64,000 bases of DNA from an uncultured delta proteobacterium. Lineage in GTDB: Bacteria; Desulfobacterota; Zymogenia; Zymogenales; Zymogenaceae. The DNA is taken from positions 96,001-160,000 of the forward strand of contig CAVTLK010000001.1 of NCBI GenBank assembly GCA_963735595.1, written 5' to 3'. The notes under the pieces were generated by a model. That model saw nothing but the letters and a program-made list of their open reading frames with translations, was not told where the DNA came from and made no database searches. Positions 1 to 10,704 of this stretch are shown here, piece by piece; within the stretch, counting starts at the first letter, position 1; each line of letters begins with the position of its first letter. Position numbers and translations under genes: made by a program.

Positions 1-818
1 ATCGGGGATAGGATAACAAGAACGTAGAATAGCCCGAAGAGAATCTTTTCGGTCCTGGTATAGTAGATCAGGAAGGCGAAATTCATAAGAATGATAAGCC
101 AAAGCAGGCCGATACCGAGAGAGAAAAGGAAAATAAAGAATACCGCAATGAAAACGGAAAAAAGCAGAAGCGGTATTTCCCACCCAAGCCGTTCCCTGAT
201 GTCATGCGCCGCCACCAGGACATACTTGGCCGAGAGGCAAAGTGCAAAGAGGAAGAAAACCAACAGAACCGCAATAATCAGGCCGAGGGCAAGGTTGGCG
301 CCGAGGGTGGTGATAATGGTGATATCGTTAGCGGACAGCTTGAGGCCGCTAACGGTAAGGTTGACAATATCGTATAATCGGCCGGGTTCGTTTCTCCAGA
401 TAAATGCGGCCTTGTAGAAATAGAGACGCGGTATGTCCGGCGAAAGGAATATCGATTCATCTATGAGCCTGGCGGCGGTTTCAAGGTCACCTTCCTCTTC
501 CTGTTGCCGGGACAAGGCGAGGAGTGCATACGAATAGAAGGAGGCGTTCTTGTCTCCGTAGTTGAATTTGGCGGTATGGAGAGAGTCAATTACCCTCAGG
601 GCATCGGTCTTGTTTCTATCCGACAGGGTAAGGAAAAATGGAAACCACGCCTCGTCATAATTATAGAACTCTTTACGAATCGACGGGAGGGGCGGCTCCT
701 CCAGCGAGTTCATGGAAGGATCTAACTCGGCGGAAGGCGAAGGAATAAAGTCCTGGGCGAGGCAGGGTGAGATAAGAAGGAAAAAAAACCCCAATAAGAT
801 TATGCGTCTGGCGTACAT
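1..818 (-). CDS. Membrane protein with signal peptide and TPR-like helical region (runs off the window start)
   Basis: Not in the ORF track. Manual translation from ATG at 818: MYARRIILLGFFFLLISPCLAQD..., then a TPR-like segment (GDLETAARLIDESIFLSPDIPRLYFYKA) and several hydrophobic helices; AAGGTG upstream. Confidence 0.7.
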   Translation of the reverse strand, partial: MYARRIILLGFFFLLISPCLAQDFIPSPSAELDPSMNSLEEPPLPSIRKEFYNYDEAWFPFFLTLSDRNKTDALRVIDSLHTAKFNYGDKNASFYSYALLALSRQQEEEGDLETAARLIDESIFLSPDIPRLYFYKAAFIWRNEPGRLYDIVNLTVSGLKLSANDITIITTLGANLALGLIIAVLLVFFLFALCLSAKYVLVAAHDIRERLGWEIPLLLFSVFIAVFFIFLFSLGIGLLWLIILMNFAFLIYYTRTEKILFGLFYVLVILSP

Positions 819-1068
819 CGAGCACCTTATACAAAATTGATTAAACATATCATATAAATAGAGAAAAATCAAGTTTTTATTATAGAAAGCGTTTCATCTT
901 GATTTTTTACCCGTTCTCCCGTATCGTGAATAAGAGCGGTCGGATCGGCAGGGATCCCTCGGACGTATTCGGCCGGCCGACATGTAAACCGCGGAATATA
1001 TACCGGCGTCCGTGAGACGTTTCCCACGTTTCGATCGGACAGCGGTAATAACCGGAGATTTGGAGTAG

Positions 1069-1854
1069 TTGGAAGAGAAAAAGAACGTATATGATCTCGT
1101 GCGCCTTATGGCCGTGCTGCGCTCCCCCGAGGGGTGTCCCTGGGACAAGGCGCAGCGGGTGGCCGATCTAAAGCCGTATATCATGGAGGAGGCCCTCGAG
1201 CTTATCGAGGCTATCGATTCCACGGACGGTAACAAGATCAAGGAGGAACTGGGCGATCTGCTATTCGAAGTTATTTTTGTTGCACGGATAATGGAAGAAG
1301 AAGGTGCGTTTTCGATAGACGATGCCGCAGATTCAATCGGGAAGAAAATGATTGAGCGACACCCCCACGTATTCGGCAATGAACGGTTGGCGACTCCGGG
1401 AGAAGTCGAGGAGAGTTGGACACGAATAAAGGCGCGAGGCAAACGCGGCGATTCGGCGCTCTCCGGAATCACCGAGGACCTGCCCGCGCTGGTCATCGCG
1501 CATAAGTACGGGCAGCGGGCCGCGGACGTTGGATTTGACTGGGAGGATGCCAAGGGAGTAATCGATAAACTCCATGAGGAGGCCGCGGAGCTTGAAGCGG
1601 CCGTCTCGTCCAATAACCGATCGCAGGTCGAGGACGAAATCGGGGATATCCTTTTTACCGTCGCCAATATTGGTAGATTTCTGGGTGTCCACCCGGAGCT
1701 TGCGCTCAGGAAGGCCAATCGAAAGTTTCGGCGCCGATTTCGTTTTATTGAGCAATCGGTTAGCATAACCGGCCGAACACTGACGGAGATGAGCATCGAA
1801 GAGCTGGAAGTGCTCTGGAACGAGGCCAAGAAAGGGGAACGGGAAGATGGATAG
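1069..1854 (+). CDS. mazG: Nucleoside triphosphate pyrophosphohydrolase MazG
   Basis: LRSPEGCPWD, EELGDLL, RHPHVF and EIGDILF motifs; tandem MazG domains. Confidence 0.95.
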   Translation: MEEKKNVYDLVRLMAVLRSPEGCPWDKAQRVADLKPYIMEEALELIEAIDSTDGNKIKEELGDLLFEVIFVARIMEEEGAFSIDDAADSIGKKMIERHPHVFGNERLATPGEVEESWTRIKARGKRGDSALSGITEDLPALVIAHKYGQRAADVGFDWEDAKGVIDKLHEEAAELEAAVSSNNRSQVEDEIGDILFTVANIGRFLGVHPELALRKANRKFRRRFRFIEQSVSITGRTLTEMSIEELEVLWNEAKKGEREDG

Positions 1855-1904
1855 ACCGGGGATAAAATACGCCGTCCGTTTGCGCACGTGAGGGTATCGA
1901 GAGG

Positions 1905-2261
1905 ATGGAAAGGAGATATACTTCGATCCTGCTATCGGGGCTTGTCTTTCCCGGCGCCGGGCAGTTATATAATAATCAGGCCGTGAAGGCAATAGTCTAT
2001 ATCCTGCTCACGCTCTGTTTTATTATCGCGCTGGTCTACGTAGTTGTGCGAGATTTTTGGCGCGCCCTGGAATACTCCGAATCCACGGGAGGGCCGGTAT
2101 GGGACGGGATCGTGCAGGGATTTGGCGGCTCCAAGACGGCGATCGTCGTGTTGTTGGCGATACTGGGAATAACGTGGGCGGCCGGTATCGTTGATGCATA
2201 CCTGACGGCGCGGAAAGGGGAGGTCCGGGAGGTACAGCGGTTCATCGCTCGTAGAAGATAA
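1905..2261 (+). CDS. Small membrane protein
   Basis: LSGLVFPGAGQLY motif and hydrophobic helices; GAGG RBS. Confidence 0.7.
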   Translation: MERRYTSILLSGLVFPGAGQLYNNQAVKAIVYILLTLCFIIALVYVVVRDFWRALEYSESTGGPVWDGIVQGFGGSKTAIVVLLAILGITWAAGIVDAYLTARKGEVREVQRFIARRR

Positions 2262-3076
2262 GGAAATTTGCCACGGCGGCCTCCGGTCGATCCCCGCGGC
2301 CCTCGCTGTAACTCGACCTGCCTAACCGGTCAACCGCCGATGCGCTGCTGCCTCCGTCCAGAGCTCCGACGACGGTGCAGCCGTGGGTCTGTCTCATATA
2401 CTGATCCCCGTACGTGAAGTTCGTGTTCTTGTAGATAACATCGACAATTCCCTCGGGGGTCGTGCCGATAAGGTTTCGGGGCACTTGCCGCTTATAGGTC
2501 TTATCCTCATAGAGCTTGAGATCGTCCTGGGTGAGCAGATTGATTTGGAGCGCGTCGACGATACTGTCTTTATGTTCGGCATACTGATACTTTGATATAA
2601 TGTGTACCCGCCGTGAACGGTCAACGTAAAGTATCCCGTCACCCTTGCCGTAGGTGACAGGGCTCTTCTGAGAGCCGTCACACACAAGAATGCCGCTCGG
2701 CGATCCATCGCCCTCAAAGAAACTCCCGTTCACGCAAACAAAGGCTCCGGTTGCGTCGAGGATCTCTCCGGTGGTGGCAAATGTTTTGCCGAGGATATCG
2801 CGGGCGGTCACGACCTTTGCAAGGTAACTGCCGTGGAGCGCCGCTGTGATGAAGACGTGATCTTGTTTGCCAATGCGCCTGGCCTGGGTGGTTATGGGCA
2901 GGCCGCTCGCGCGAAGGCGGCCCGGGCAGGCAAGGAGGCCGGCGGCCAATGCGATATGGCCAAGGAAGACGCGCCGCGTGCAGTATCCGCAAACCGCGTG
3001 CGCATGCGGGGTCGTGGCAGGACGGTTGCGCGCATATCTGGGGGTCGGCGGGGGTCTTTCTGCTATCGCTTTTCAT
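2242..3076 (-). CDS. Phosphodiester glycosidase (NAGPA-like) family protein, Tat-exported; one indel near the 5' end
   Basis: VNGSFF, PRNLIG, LDGGSS and VANFL motifs. The frame upstream of 2949 reads CTRRVFLGHIALAAGLLA (twin-arginine signal); ATG at 3076 overlaps the end of the upstream gene. Confidence 0.7.
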
Positions 3077-3974
3077 CAATAAGCCAATCGTGTTGCCAAC
3101 AGCCAAACGGATAACCCATGCGGCAGATCACCGAGAAGTCGGCCAGGGCCTCCTTGGTTCTGCCCAGTTTCCTCAGGAGGTTCGCCCGATAGTTGCGGAT
3201 GTAAGGATCCTTCGGGGCGATTTCGACGGCCCGGGAATAGTCCGCCAATGCGTCGTCGAGGCGCAGAAGACCGTATTCGTAGACAGCGCCCCGATAGAGA
3301 TATGGCTCCGGGGATTCCGGGGAGAGGGAGGCGGCCGACGTGAGGTCGGCAAGGGCCTGCTCAAAACTTCCGATCCCGAAACAGAACCGGCCGCGGGAGA
3401 TCAGGGGGACGGAGTCGCCCGGGGAAAGGATTACCGCCCGGTCAAAATCGGCGCGGGCCTCATCCGTCCGCTCCAGCCGTTCCAGGGCGCGCCCTCGCCC
3501 GAGATATGCATCCGCGTTATCCGGCCAAAGAGCGAGGACGGAAGACCAGTCAGCCCGTGCGGACTCAAAGCGCCGACGGGCAAACGAGAGATCGGCCCTC
3601 CGCAGGTATGCGTCCACGTATTTTGGTTCGAGTTCGATGGCCGTGGTAAGGTCAGCCTGGGCGTCTCGGACACGGGCGAGTTTTTCTGCTGTGCCGGCCC
3701 GGTTATAGTAAAGCTCGGCCGACCCCGGGGAAAGGGCGATCGCCTCGGAGAACGATTCGTAGGCCTGTTCGTATCGCTCATGGCGGTATTGTTCGAGTCC
3801 GGTCCTGTTGAGAAGGGCGGCGGTCCGTGCGGCGCAGCCCGCGGAGGTGAAAAACGCAATGGCTATAAAGAACGCCGCAGCAAAGATGGGGAGCACGCGA
3901 CGCGTTCGTGAGGACTGTATTAAGTAATCCAAACCCGTTTCCTCCGGATGGGACGTGACGGCAACCCCGTGCAT
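3063..3974 (-). CDS. Tetratricopeptide-repeat lipoprotein
   Basis: Repeated AYxxRG/A..A.AD...AI.L.P units; lipobox FTSAG-C. True start may lie downstream of 3974. Confidence 0.85.
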   Translation of the reverse strand: MHGVAVTSHPEETGLDYLIQSSRTRRVLPIFAAAFFIAIAFFTSAGCAARTAALLNRTGLEQYRHERYEQAYESFSEAIALSPGSAELYYNRAGTAEKLARVRDAQADLTTAIELEPKYVDAYLRRADLSFARRRFESARADWSSVLALWPDNADAYLGRGRALERLERTDEARADFDRAVILSPGDSVPLISRGRFCFGIGSFEQALADLTSAASLSPESPEPYLYRGAVYEYGLLRLDDALADYSRAVEIAPKDPYIRNYRANLLRKLGRTKEALADFSVICRMGYPFGCWQHDWLIDEKR

Positions 3975-4110
3975 CAGTCAGGCGTGTATACCGCCGTTCG
4001 GTGTGGGTTTACGTAAAATTATAACAGAAATATGACGTAAGATGTCAAGCTTTAAGGTGAAGAATAATCGGGCCGGGAAGAAAGAAACTTCGGACGCGGG
4101 TTGGACGAGG

Positions 4111-4440
4111 TTACTGGATGGTGATATATATACGGTTTGGCAGGCAGATGATGGAGTCTCCCTTCTCCGAGATCTTTCCCATGTCGATGCACACCTTGTT
4201 GGCGCAGGGGGAATCGGCCATGTAGACCTCGCCGTGTTCGATGACGACCGTCGAAATCCCCAGGGGGCCCTGGACCGGGATCGTCCTGTCTTCAGAGAGC
4301 GGGTAGCTTCCTACGACCTCGTTTCCCTCTTCGATTACGACCGTTCTTCCGTGGCCGTTGGAGACTATTTCAAACGCGAGGAACGCCCCGGCAATCAGGA
4401 GGGCCGCCAGAAGGATAAAGACGATGTCGCTTTTTTTCAT
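4111..4440 (-). CDS. NusG domain II-containing membrane-anchored protein
   Basis: N-terminal TM helix; SPCANKVCIDMGKI...IICLPNRI signature. Confidence 0.9.
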   Translation of the reverse strand: MKKSDIVFILLAALLIAGAFLAFEIVSNGHGRTVVIEEGNEVVGSYPLSEDRTIPVQGPLGISTVVIEHGEVYMADSPCANKVCIDMGKISEKGDSIICLPNRIYITIQ

Positions 4441-4557
4441 ATATGCGCCTTGTTACGGGGGTGTAATGATATCACCGGGAACGAAGGCCCTGCGGGCGCC
4501 GCAAGAGGGCGGACACTCGGTCTACAACGGATATGTACGGGCGGCAGAGACGACAAC

Positions 4558-4591
4558 GGGCAGACCCCCCATATGACTGGGGGGTCTGCCC
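4558..4591. terminator. Strong hairpin downstream of the cytochrome c3 gene (terminator or mRNA stabiliser)
   Basis: GGGCAGACCCCCC-N8-GGGGGGTCTGCCC perfect inverted repeat; U-tract is weak. Confidence 0.55.
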
Positions 4592-4599
4592 ATATCCGT

Positions 4600-4993
4600 T
4601 CAGTTTCTCTGGGTATGGCAGCCCAGGCACTCGACCGGCGGGGTCAGCCCCTCTGCGGTCTTGTTGATGTGGCAGATGACACAGTTCTTGTGCATCGCGT
4701 CCTTGAAGGTGATCTCGGCGTCGGCCTTGTGGCACGCGTCGCAGCGGGCCGACGGCGTACCGGAGACGAAGTCCGCCTTTTCGGTATGGTGGCATGTCAC
4801 GCAGGTAATCCCGAGGTCCTTGTTGTGGTACTCGTGCTTGAAGGTTGATCCCCAGGTACCGGTCGGTGGCCTTGGTCGTGTCGTCGATGGTGACGGTATT
4901 GGGGCCATAATCGACGGAAAAGGCCGCCACGCCCATGAAGAAGAGGAACAGGACACAGGCGGCAGCGATTGATATCAGGTTCTTCTTTTTCAT
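4600..4993 (-). CDS. Tetraheme class III cytochrome c3 family protein (one indel)
   Basis: Sec signal peptide (ORF 4472..4993) joined to FKHEYH...CVTCHH...CDACH...MHKNCVICH...CLGCH (ORF 4600..4956). Confidence 0.9.
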
Positions 4994-5012
4994 ATATTTC
5001 CTCCGCTTTTAT

Positions 5013-6645
5013 TCAATACCTTCTCTGTCGAGGATGAGCCGCGCGGCCCTCCATCCGTTGATCTGGGCCGGAACCGACCCCGAACCATGCCTGGGTCCAG
5101 TTGCTGGCGACAAAGATGTTGTCGATGGGGGTATCATTGGGGATCTTCTGCCACTGGTCGACGTTCGTATAGAACCCGTAGATGACACCGCCCTCGTTCA
5201 TGGTAAACTCCTTGAGGGTACCGGGGTGATGATCTCCTTGACCTCGACGTTCCTGGGGTCGGCGAGCTCGGGGATGACATTTGCGGCAAGCGAGATGAGC
5301 TCGTTTGCCTTTTCTTCCTTCATCTTCAGGTATTCGGCCTGATCCTTGGGCCAGATGTTGATGTCGGAATAAGAGTGAAGCACGACGACCGATTTGCCCG
5401 GAGGGGCGTAAATCGGATCGTCGTAGTTCGAGTAGACGGTGATCGGTCGTGGCGCCGTTGGCGAAATCGCCCTTCATCATCGTGTCGTAGAGCACGGCCG
5501 AGTCCTTCGTGGTGCTGTAGAAGGCCTCGGTGAGATCGTAGCCCCTGGCCTTGAGGTCGATGTTGAGGCCCATGTAGACGCCGAACAACGAGTTTGCCGG
5601 CTTCAATTCCTTGAGCTTGGCCACGTAATCGGCCGGGCAGGTTCTCTTCGCCGATCAGCTTGAAGACCATCTGGTAGGGGTCGGTGTTGCAGACGACGTA
5701 GCGGCTGGAGTAGGTGTTGCCGAGGGCCGTCTCGACGCCGGTGGCCATGCCGTCTTCGATGATTGATCTTGGTGACCAGTTCGCCGACCTTGACCACACC
5801 GCCCAGCTCCGTCTATACGCTCGGCGTAGGCGTTGGAGAGGGCCTGTGATGTACCCTTGACGTGCCAGGGACCGTCGGTGAGATAGCGCGTCGGTCGCGG
5901 CCGGCGAAGATGAGCGAGGTCTGTTCCGTGATGGGGGCACCGTAGTAAACCCAGAGCTGGGAGACGACGGCCTTGATGTCCTCATTGGTGAAACACTCGT
6001 CCATGAGGTCCTGGGTCGTCTTATCCTTCCACTCCATAGAAGGTCTTCTGCTTGAAGGGGACCTGGGCCTTGGTAAGGAATGCCTTGAATCCCGTCTCGC
6101 GGAAGAGGTTCTTGAGCGAGAGCAAATCGTTCATCATGCCCGAGCAGATGACGTGGAACTTATCGATTCCCGCCGATTCCTCGGGCCACTTTTCCTTCAG
6201 CGTGGCGTCCCATTCTTCCCAGTTGTTGGGCATGGTGACGTCCAGACCTCCGGGGTAGACCGAACGATACAAATCGGGGACCGATAGAGCTCGACTTTTT
6301 CGCCCGACGCCGCATCACCTCCAGGAGCTTATAGAGCCCCCGGTCGGCCCTGCCGGGGCCGCCGCCTGCCATCTCGTGCAGGGCCGTCTCAAAGGTAAAG
6401 TCGCCCCGTGTGAAGTTGGTGGTACATCCGCCGACCTTGTGGTGCTGTTCGAGCAGCAACACTTTGAGGCCCTTGCTGGCCAGGTGCGCGCCGGCTGAAA
6501 GTCCTCCCATCCCGCCTCCGATGATGATGACGTCATAATCGGCCTCATTGGTAGGGCGCTTTTTGCTGGCGCATCCCCCCGTTACGAGGAAGGTCACGGC
6601 GAGAAAGAGGATAAAGACTGTTAATAGTGTCGATTTCTTTCTCAT
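5013..6645 (-). CDS. Lipoprotein FAD-dependent oxidoreductase, phytoene desaturase/CrtISO/retinol saturase family, paralog 1 (several indels)
   Basis: Lipobox VTGG-C; YDVIIIGGGMGGLSAG...LLEQHHKVGGC..F.RG.F.FE dinucleotide-binding fold; fragments are collinear with paralogs 2 and 3; ends in DREGIE. Confidence 0.85.
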
Positions 6646-6857
6646 CTAAAGACCTCCATAAAAGATAAACACATGCCGTTCATGATCAATGGAGATCATT
6701 GCGGGCAAAAAGCCGTTAACTGGCTGGCAGGTACAGTACCGATATCCATCGTTAGTGTTACTTTGCTCATCAGGTCCTTATTGCCGATTCGGGACCGCTG
6801 AACTAAAGACATTCCCGCCGTGCATTATACACCCGGTATTCGAAAAAGCCACGTTTA

Positions 6858-7284
6858 CTATTGCCGTTGCCGGTGACACCGAGGCACTGGGTCGGCGGAC
6901 TTTCTTCGTAATCTTCCTGAATTTCCCCGTCTTCACCGACGGCGGCTTCCCTGGCCTTCTTGATGTGGCATAACACGCAGCGCCGATGCATGGCGTCCTT
7001 GAAGCTGATCTCGGCGTCGGCCTTGTGGCACGCCTCGCATCGGGCCGGCGTCCCGGAAACGAAGTCCTTGTTCTCCGTGTGGTGACACATGACGCAGGTC
7101 AGGCCCACCTCGTCGACGTGCTTGGAGTGACTGAAGCCCACGCCGAGATAGCGGTTTGTTGCCTTGGTAGTGTCGTCAATGGTAATCGGTCCCGGGCCGT
7201 AATCGACGAAAACGCCGCGGCGCCGGCAAACATAAGAAAAAGGATGAAGACGACAATACCGGGAATGATCGTCTGTTTCTTCAT
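6858..7284 (-). CDS. Tetraheme class III cytochrome c3 family protein, paralog 2 (indels)
   Basis: Signal peptide MKKQTIIPGIVVFILFLMFAGAAAFS; HSKH...CVMCHH...CEACH...MHRRCVLCH; fourth CLGCH motif restored by one base near 6880. Confidence 0.85.
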
Positions 7285-7300
7285 ATCCTCTCCTTTGCAT

Positions 7301-8921
7301 CTATTCAATGCCCTCACGATCCATGATGAGCCGGGCGGCCATCCATCCGTTGATCTGGGCGGAACCCACGCCGTGCCACGACTGGGTCCAGCTTGACGTG
7401 ATGAAGAGATTCTCGATCGGGGTGTTTATCGGTATCTTCTTCCACTGATCCAGATCGATATAGAAGCCGTACGGGATCCCGTGGTAGTTCATGGTGAACT
7501 CCTGCAGGGTAACCGGCGTCATGACTTCCATGACATCGACGTTTTTCGGATCGGCAAGCTCCGGGATGACGTTGGCGGCAAGCTCGATGATCTCCCGGGC
7601 CTTTTCGTCCTTCATCTTCTGGTACTCGTCCCGGTCCTTGGGCCAGGAATCGTAGTCGGAGAACTCCAGCAGGCCGACGAGCGATTTGCCCGGCGGGGCG
7701 TAGATCGGGTCGCCGTAGTTGGAGTAGATCGTGATCGATACCATGCCTTCCTTGAAGTTGTTCTTCATCATGTTGTCGTAGACGGCCACGGAGTCCTTGC
7801 TCGTGTTGTAGAATATCTCGGTATCGGTATAGCCGAGCTTCTTGAGGTCGATGTTGAGCCCGAGATAGGTTACGAACAGCGAATTGGCGGGCTTGAGCTC
7901 CTTGAGCTTTTCGACGTAGCTCGTGGGGAAGTTCTCCTCGCCGACCAGCTTGAAGACCATCTGGTACGGGTCGGTGTTGCAGATGACGTACCGGGAGGTA
8001 TAGGTATCGCCGTACTCGGTCTGTACTCCGGTGGCAATCCCGTCTTCGACGATGACCTTGGTCACCAGCGTCCCGGTCTTGACCTCACCGCCCAGTTCCC
8101 GGATACGCTCGGCATAGGCGTTGGACAGTTCCTGGGAAGTGCCCTTTCACGTGCCAGGCGCCCTCGGTCAGGAAGACCTCGTTGGCCGCGAGGGTCAAGG
8201 AGTGCGATCTCGTCGGGGATCGGGGCGCCGTAGTAGACCCAGAACTGGGAGACGACGGCCTTGATGTCTTCTCCGGTGAAGCAGTAGTCCAGCAGCTCCT
8301 GGAGCGTTCGTCTTGCTCCACTTGACCAGCTCGGGATGCTTGATGGGCACTGACAGCGACTCAAATATCTTCTTTGCGCCGCTATAGCGGAAGAGGTCCT
8401 TCACGCCCATGATATCGGCGAAGACCTCGGTTGACAGGCTGTGAAGCTTATCAACGCCCTCGGATTCCTCCGGCCATTTGGACTTGAGGGTGTTGTCCCA
8501 CCCCTCCCAGTTTGCGGGCATGGTCACGTCGATGGTCGTTTCGCCGGGCAAGATCGAGCGGTACAGGTCGGGGAGCTGATAAAGCTCAACCTTGTCCTTT
8601 ACACCGCACAGATCCATAAGCTGGAAGAGACCGCCCCCGGCCAGTTCGTGCAGCGCCACCTCGAAGGTATAATCCCCCCTTGTGAAGTTAGATGCGCAGC
8701 CGCCGACTTTGTGGTGCTGCTCCAGGAGTAAGACCTTAAGACCCTTGCTGGCAAGGTGCGCCCCGGACGAGAGGCCCGCCATGCCGCCGCCGACGATGAT
8801 GACGTCGTACTGCGGTGCGGCGACCGGTTTTTCCGGACGGCCCGCACGAGTTTGCGGTAAACAGAAATACGGCGAGCATAAGGATAATAGCTGTCTTGAT
8901 ACGTAAACCGGATATATTCAT
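7301..8921 (-). CDS. Lipoprotein phytoene desaturase/retinol saturase family oxidoreductase, paralog 2 (indels)
   Basis: MNISGLRIKTAIILMLAVFLFTANS-C lipobox; GGGMAGLSSGAHLASKG; C-terminus SWTQSWHGVGSAQINGWMAARLIMDREGIE. Confidence 0.85.
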
Positions 8922-9044
8922 ACTCCACCTCACCATGGATGAACGATACACTAATCACGCGAAAAAACGGAAGGTTATTCAATATTCAGCTATAGTTTCC
9001 ACCGGGCATACACACCGGCCGGACTTCTATGCTCGCATACTCGG

Positions 9045-10677
9045 CTACTCGATGCCTTCCCGGTCGAGGATCAGACGTGCGGCGCGCCACCCGTTGACCT
9101 GCCCCGCGCCGACACCGTGAAATCCCTGAGTCCAGTTACTGGCGATAAAGACATTGTCGATGGGGGTGTTGTTGGGAATCTTCTCCCACTGGTCAAGGCT
9201 CATGTAGAAGCCGTACGGGCTGCCCTGATAGTTTTTCGTGAACTCTTCCAGGTAACCGGAGTAATGATCTCCATGACCTCGACGTTCTTCGGATCGGCGA
9301 TCTCCGGGATAACCTCGGCGGCCAGCGCGACGAGGTCGGCCGCCTTTTCCTTCTTCATTGCGCGATATTCGTCCGGGTCCTTCGGCCACAGGTTGGTATC
9401 GCTGTAGATCAGGATATTCAGCGAGCGATTTGCCCGGCGGTGCATAGATCGGGTCGCCGTAGTTGCTGTAGATGCCGATGAGGCATGCGCTGTCCCTGAT
9501 ATCTCCCTGTCATCCACTTGTCGTAGACCTCGTTGGAGCTGTAGGACTTGTTGTAGATGATGTCGGTGTCGGTGTAGCCGAGCTTCTTCAGGTCGATGTT
9601 AAGGCCGAGATAGACTCCGAACAGCGAGTTGGCCGGTTTCATCCCCTTGATCTTTTGCGACGTAGCTGCCGGGCAGGTTTTCCTCTCCGATGAGCTTAAA
9701 GACCATCTGGAATGGATCGGTGTTGCAGACGACGTAGCGGGCCGTGTAGACATCGCCGTATTCGGTCTCTACGCCGGTGGCAATTCCGTCTTCGATGATG
9801 ATCTTGGTGACCAGCGTCCCGATCTTTACCTCGCCGCCGAGCTCCTCGATGCGCTCGGCATAGGCGTTAGACGAGCGCCTGGGACGTCCCCATGACGTGG
9901 CACACGCCTCCAGAGAGAAACATGTCGGTGGCGGCAAAATTCATAAGTGACGTCTGGTCATCGGCCGGACCGCTATAGTACATCCAGAGCTGGGACATGA
10001 CGGCCTTGAGCTGCGGATCGGTGAAGCACTCGTCCATCGTATCCTGGAGGGTTTTGTCTTTCCACTCCATGAGGGTCTTCTGTCTGAAGGGGATCTGGAC
10101 CTTCGTTATGAGCGCCGTGAGGCCGGACTGCCTGAACAGGTTCTTGATCGACATGATATCGGCCGTTACCTGGCGGCAGAGGTGCTCGAATTTGTCGATG
10201 CCCGCCGACTCCTCCGGCCACCGCTCCTTGAAGGCCGCGGTGTAGGCCTCCCACGACTCGGCCGGGACGGTGAAATCGACGTCGGGATAGATCGAACGAT
10301 ACAGGTCGGGCAGTTCATAGGCTGTTATCTTTTCGTCAACGCCGCAGGCCTTCATGAGCTGGTAGACGGCCCCGTTTTTCTCCTTAACGGCTCCCGGCAT
10401 GACGTGCAACGCGACCTCAAAGGTAAAGTCGCCCCGCGTGAAATTGGTGGTGCATCCGCCCGACCTTGTGGTGCTGTTCCAGGAGCAGGACCTTGAGGCC
10501 TTTGCTGGCCAGGTGAGCCCCGGCAGACAGCCCGCCCATGCCTCCGCCGATAATTATCACGTCGTATTGGGCATCGGATGCGGGACGTTCACGCCCGCCG
10601 CATCCCGCCGACGAGAAGAGAAGGACCAGCAGCGATACAACAGTAAGAGTATACAAAAGGTAGTAGTTTCTTCTCAT
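9045..10677 (-). CDS. Lipoprotein phytoene desaturase/retinol saturase family oxidoreductase, paralog 3 (indels)
   Basis: MRRNYYLLYTLTVVSLLVLLFSSAG-C lipobox; YDVIIIGGGMGGLSAG; C-terminus NWTQGFHGVGAGQVNGWRAARLILDREGIE. Confidence 0.85.
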
Positions 10678-10704
10678 CGTAAACCTCCCGTTAATAGCGG
10701 TGCT

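Noticed and set aside
894..3911. Long antisense ORFs (894..1829, 2949..3911) and similar ones elsewhere (e.g. 28665..29798, 22111..22989)
   Set aside because: Shadow frames of well-supported genes in GC-rich DNA, with no recognisable motifs.
5013..10677. Carotenoid biosynthesis cluster (crtI)
   Set aside because: No crtB/crtE/crtY nearby; the proteins have lipoprotein signals and cytochrome neighbours.
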